From NCBI GenBank assembly GCA_965206845.1, contig OZ242221.1:672001-736000 (forward strand): a DNA stretch of 64,000 nucleotides. Reading direction: 5' to 3'. Numbering within the stretch: position 1 is the first letter of the stretch; each line of letters begins with the position of its first letter. Source of the stretch: Cenarchaeum sp. Lineage in GTDB: Archaea > Thermoproteota > Nitrososphaeria > Nitrososphaerales > Nitrosopumilaceae. A model generated the notes under the pieces. The model saw only the letters and a program-made list of their open reading frames with translations. It ran no database searches and had not been told where the DNA came from. Below, piece after piece: positions 61,235 through 64,000 of the stretch. Made by a program: the position numbers and the translations under genes.

Positions 61235-61471
61235 ATGCACGATACCGAGTCTGACACGTTCGAGCCAAAGACATGGCCCCAGAAGGTATGTGACATGCTC
61301 GCCGAGATAGACATCAAGTGCCGGCCAAATGAGATCGCCGCAGGTGATGTAGAGGGAGACGACTACTATGGAAGGTTCTTCTCCCAGACGCCGAGGATGG
61401 TCACCAACAAGGGAAGCCTGGAGGTAGAGAATGCGAACATTGACGTCATCCACATTATTCAGAAGGGATAG
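61235..61471 (+). CDS. Conserved hypothetical protein
   Basis: ATG 61235, coding-like, 2 bp from the next gene. Confidence 0.6.
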   Translation: MHDTESDTFEPKTWPQKVCDMLAEIDIKCRPNEIAAGDVEGDDYYGRFFSQTPRMVTNKGSLEVENANIDVIHIIQKG

Positions 61472-61473
61472 AG

Positions 61474-61845
61474 ATGCAGGATCCTAATCCACTACCATGG
61501 GGCGCAATGGACAGGTTTCAGGCACACTTTATCGTAAGAAGAGACACCGGCCACGGCAAGGACTTTGTTGCCAGAACGATACTCAAGACCACGGGGCACT
61601 TTGCCGCAAAGAAGATAGCGTCGGTCAGCTGGAACGGCGGCAGAATCGCCGAGGTTCTGAACGCAGATACCGCGCTAAACGACATGATATCCAGGGAATC
61701 CACAAAGGATGCAGACATCCGCATCGAGCCCACCGGCACCGGAGTCAGGATCAGAAGCAAGTGGAAGAACCACTTGGAGTTTAAGATCACAAAAGAGATG
61801 TTTCAGATCTACGACAAGATTGCAGGGCATGTAAAGTCGCTCTGA
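61474..61845 (+). CDS. Conserved hypothetical protein
   Basis: 123-aa ORF, coding-like, operonic with the previous gene. Confidence 0.65.
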   Translation: MQDPNPLPWGAMDRFQAHFIVRRDTGHGKDFVARTILKTTGHFAAKKIASVSWNGGRIAEVLNADTALNDMISRESTKDADIRIEPTGTGVRIRSKWKNHLEFKITKEMFQIYDKIAGHVKSL

Positions 61846-62000
61846 GCCTTGCCCGTACGGGTTTGATGCCCAAAAGAGCCACGCCGACAGATCTATCGGA
61901 CCGTACCTTTTGCGTACCGCCGCCGGATCACAGATATGCCGCATCGCCGGAGGTCATGGCGCCGCAGGCAGGGTAATCCGCACCAGCGCCCATGCCGCAC

Positions 62001-62537
62001 CTAGGCCTTCCACCAGTCCAAGGCAATGTAGCCCACCTGGCCCCGGGCCTGCGGAACCGCCAGTATGAAATGCTTTCTCACGGTGGTGGCCAGCCTGCCT
62101 GCCAGCACTACCGCAGTAGAGCTCATCGAGTCCCGCTTGCTGTAGACCTGAACCAGGTACGGCGCGTGGTCGATTCCAGGGCCCTTCTCATACACCGCAA
62201 AATCGCAGCCAAACTTGATTCCCGGATTTACCACGTATCCCAGATCGCGAAAGTTCCTGTACACCTGGTACTTTTTGTCAAAGTCATCGTACTCCTCCCG
62301 GCACACCAGGAGCACCTCGTCCCGTGACATCTTCCTTCGGGATCTGAACACGGATATCTCCGACTCCTCCATCAGGTAGAACCCCTCGATCAGATCCAGA
62401 ATCAGCGGGGCGTCTATCTCGCCGGGCTTTGGCTTGGGAATGCCCAGAGGCTTTCCGTAGTAGCCGGCGCTAAAGAGCCTCTGCGAGTCGGCAATGTTCC
62501 AGACTACAATCCTATTCTCAATTAATTCGCTCTTCAA
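62001..62537 (-). CDS. endA: tRNA-splicing endonuclease subunit
   Basis: LDLIEG.YL, GIKFGCDFAVY..GPG.DHA and RLATTVRK motifs. Confidence 0.93.
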   Translation of the reverse strand: MKSELIENRIVVWNIADSQRLFSAGYYGKPLGIPKPKPGEIDAPLILDLIEGFYLMEESEISVFRSRRKMSRDEVLLVCREEYDDFDKKYQVYRNFRDLGYVVNPGIKFGCDFAVYEKGPGIDHAPYLVQVYSKRDSMSSTAVVLAGRLATTVRKHFILAVPQARGQVGYIALDWWKA

Positions 62538-62538
62538 T

Positions 62539-63192
62539 CTACAAACTGAGCGCCAGCAGTATAAACGAGTCTGACACCCTCTGGCACTTGTCGGCCATCT
62601 CCTCTATTCCCTCTATGACATCCTTTAGCAGAAGGAGCTCCTTTGTGTCAGAAACCTCGTTTAGAATTCGAAGGGTTGCCTGACGGTACTTTGTGTCTAT
62701 CTCCCGCTCTATTGCCTGCGTCTCCTGTGCCAGATCTATGGAATTTGGGGCGTTGTTGCTCAGGTTTCTGATCACCTCATTCAGCTTGTAGACCTCGTCG
62801 ACCACCAGCTCGATCAGCTTTGTCAAATCCTTGTCGATCTTTGTGTTCTTTAGCGTTATCGGCTTGATGTTTGCCAGCTTGAATGAAATTCCCGTGATGT
62901 ACCCCGCAATCTCGTCCATGGTGTACGCAGTGTTCAGCAGGTTCTCACGATTCATAATGAGGCCGCCCACGTCTGCTACCTCCCTTGTGATCTTTCGGCG
63001 GAGGTTCTCCACCTCGTCCTCGATGGACGATATCTGATCCAGGCTGCTCTTGACTGCTGCCCTGTCCTTTCTGAGCATCGCATTGGGCAAGGTCGCCAGC
63101 TCCCTGGTTGCATTCAGAATTCTGTTAATCTCATCCTGAAGTACAGCAATTGCTTTTCTTTTAGCCTGTACTTCAAGCTCTCCGCTGTACAT
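62539..63192 (-). CDS. DUF47/PhoU-like phosphate transport regulator
   Basis: Helical repeat with IEDEVE..RR and IEREID..YR motifs. Confidence 0.8.
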   Translation of the reverse strand: MYSGELEVQAKRKAIAVLQDEINRILNATRELATLPNAMLRKDRAAVKSSLDQISSIEDEVENLRRKITREVADVGGLIMNRENLLNTAYTMDEIAGYITGISFKLANIKPITLKNTKIDKDLTKLIELVVDEVYKLNEVIRNLSNNAPNSIDLAQETQAIEREIDTKYRQATLRILNEVSDTKELLLLKDVIEGIEEMADKCQRVSDSFILLALSL

Positions 63193-63330
63193 TTACAGAG
63201 TATAATTATTTGGCTGCGTTAATTAAATCCTTTGGGAAAGTATATCTTCTGGACGCTTTGGGCGGCGCATGCAAGATTAACTCCCAGTTATGGAAAACCT
63301 GGGCGCCGGCAGACCACGCCGGTACGCATA

Positions 63331-63822
63331 TCAAATGGAGATTATCTCAAGCACCGAGTCAAGGGCGATGCCAAACTCGTCCACAAATCCGGCAGTCACC
63401 TCCAAGACATAGAGTGCCTCCCCCCGGGGGCCCGTACCGGTGCATGTTGCAGTCTCGAGCGCGGACTTGCACGGGGGGACATCCTTCTCGATGTGCACCA
63501 CGTTACCGTCCGCATCAAACCAGATTATATCCAGCGGAAACTGCATGTTGAGCATCCACATAGAGTAGGCTCCCGGCTCATCAAATACGAAGATCATACC
63601 CTGGTCGTAGGGCATCTGTTCCTGGAACATGAGGCCGCGGACGCGGCGCGGCTGGGTGTCGGCCACCTGCACCTCAAGCGCCCTGCCGTCAAGTATTACC
63701 GTACCGCGGGGGAACTCCACTGACTCCAGCTTGGCATCGTCAGGAATTGAGAGGATGCCGGCAACCCCTATAATCACCGCGGCGATTCCTATTGGGATCA
63801 GGGCCTGTGCTCTTGTTGCCAC
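63331..63822 (-). CDS. DUF192-domain protein
   Basis: VADT...RGLMF, GMIFVF, MWMLNMQFPLDIIW and YVLEV.AG motifs. Confidence 0.9.
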   Translation of the reverse strand: MATRAQALIPIGIAAVIIGVAGILSIPDDAKLESVEFPRGTVILDGRALEVQVADTQPRRVRGLMFQEQMPYDQGMIFVFDEPGAYSMWMLNMQFPLDIIWFDADGNVVHIEKDVPPCKSALETATCTGTGPRGEALYVLEVTAGFVDEFGIALDSVLEIISI

Positions 63823-63907
63823 ATGTAGATGAGAACCTCTCCTGTTAAAATATCCTTATCCCGGCGATAGACAATAAATTATACGAGAGACTCCATGCAT
63901 GGTACAG

Positions 63908-64000
63908 ATGAAGAGTCCAGACAGACTGAACTCGATAAAAGAGGCGCACGAGTTTGAGAGGAACAAGTTCAGCCAGAGGGCCGAGGACTATCTGGAGGTA
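63908..64000 (+). CDS. DtxR-family metal-dependent regulator (partial, runs off window)
   Basis: MKSPDRLNSIKEAH...RAEDYLEV; EDYLE is the typical DtxR N-terminal motif. Confidence 0.6.
   Translation, partial: MKSPDRLNSIKEAHEFERNKFSQRAEDYLEV

Noticed and set aside
1-64000. CRISPR array
   Set aside because: No regularly spaced repeat-spacer series; the repeats found are dispersed MITEs or coding tandem repeats

Overview
Archaeal chromosomal window from an ammonia-oxidising Nitrososphaerota (Thaumarchaeota, Nitrosopumilaceae-like) organism. Lineage markers: thaumarchaeosortase, two Alba paralogs, cofE, Cys-type thi4, nre, endA, dys. Coding GC looks unusually high by eye and there are many decaying mobile elements, which suggests (inference) a Cenarchaeum-like sponge symbiont. 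Core genes include ilvE (partial), fnr, prpB-like, argH, sdhACDB, thi4, trxB, cysK, tusA, cofE, serB, proS, egtB/egtD, smc, ino1, dys, dinB, nre, lig and endA, plus tRNA-Pro(CGG), tRNA-Ala(GGC) and tRNA-Lys(TTT). Accessory content: an integrase at tRNA-Ala gutted by an IS5-family element; a HEPN gene; ppk2; a 2.2-kb att-flanked AbiE toxin-antitoxin mini-island at tRNA-Lys; two IS481 and one IS630 elements; and three MITE families (92 bp x4, 138 bp x3, ~178 bp x1). Five of the seven 92- and 138-bp copies sit 44-55 bp upstream of start codons. The strongest candidate for new biology is a stand-alone tandem-SDR protein (59070-60845) that resembles the C-terminal malonyl-CoA-reducing half of Chloroflexus malonyl-CoA reductase, a candidate for a poorly assigned step of the thaumarchaeal 3HP/4HB carbon-fixation cycle. 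No CRISPR array or rRNA was seen. All homology calls are by eye and from memory; no searches were run.
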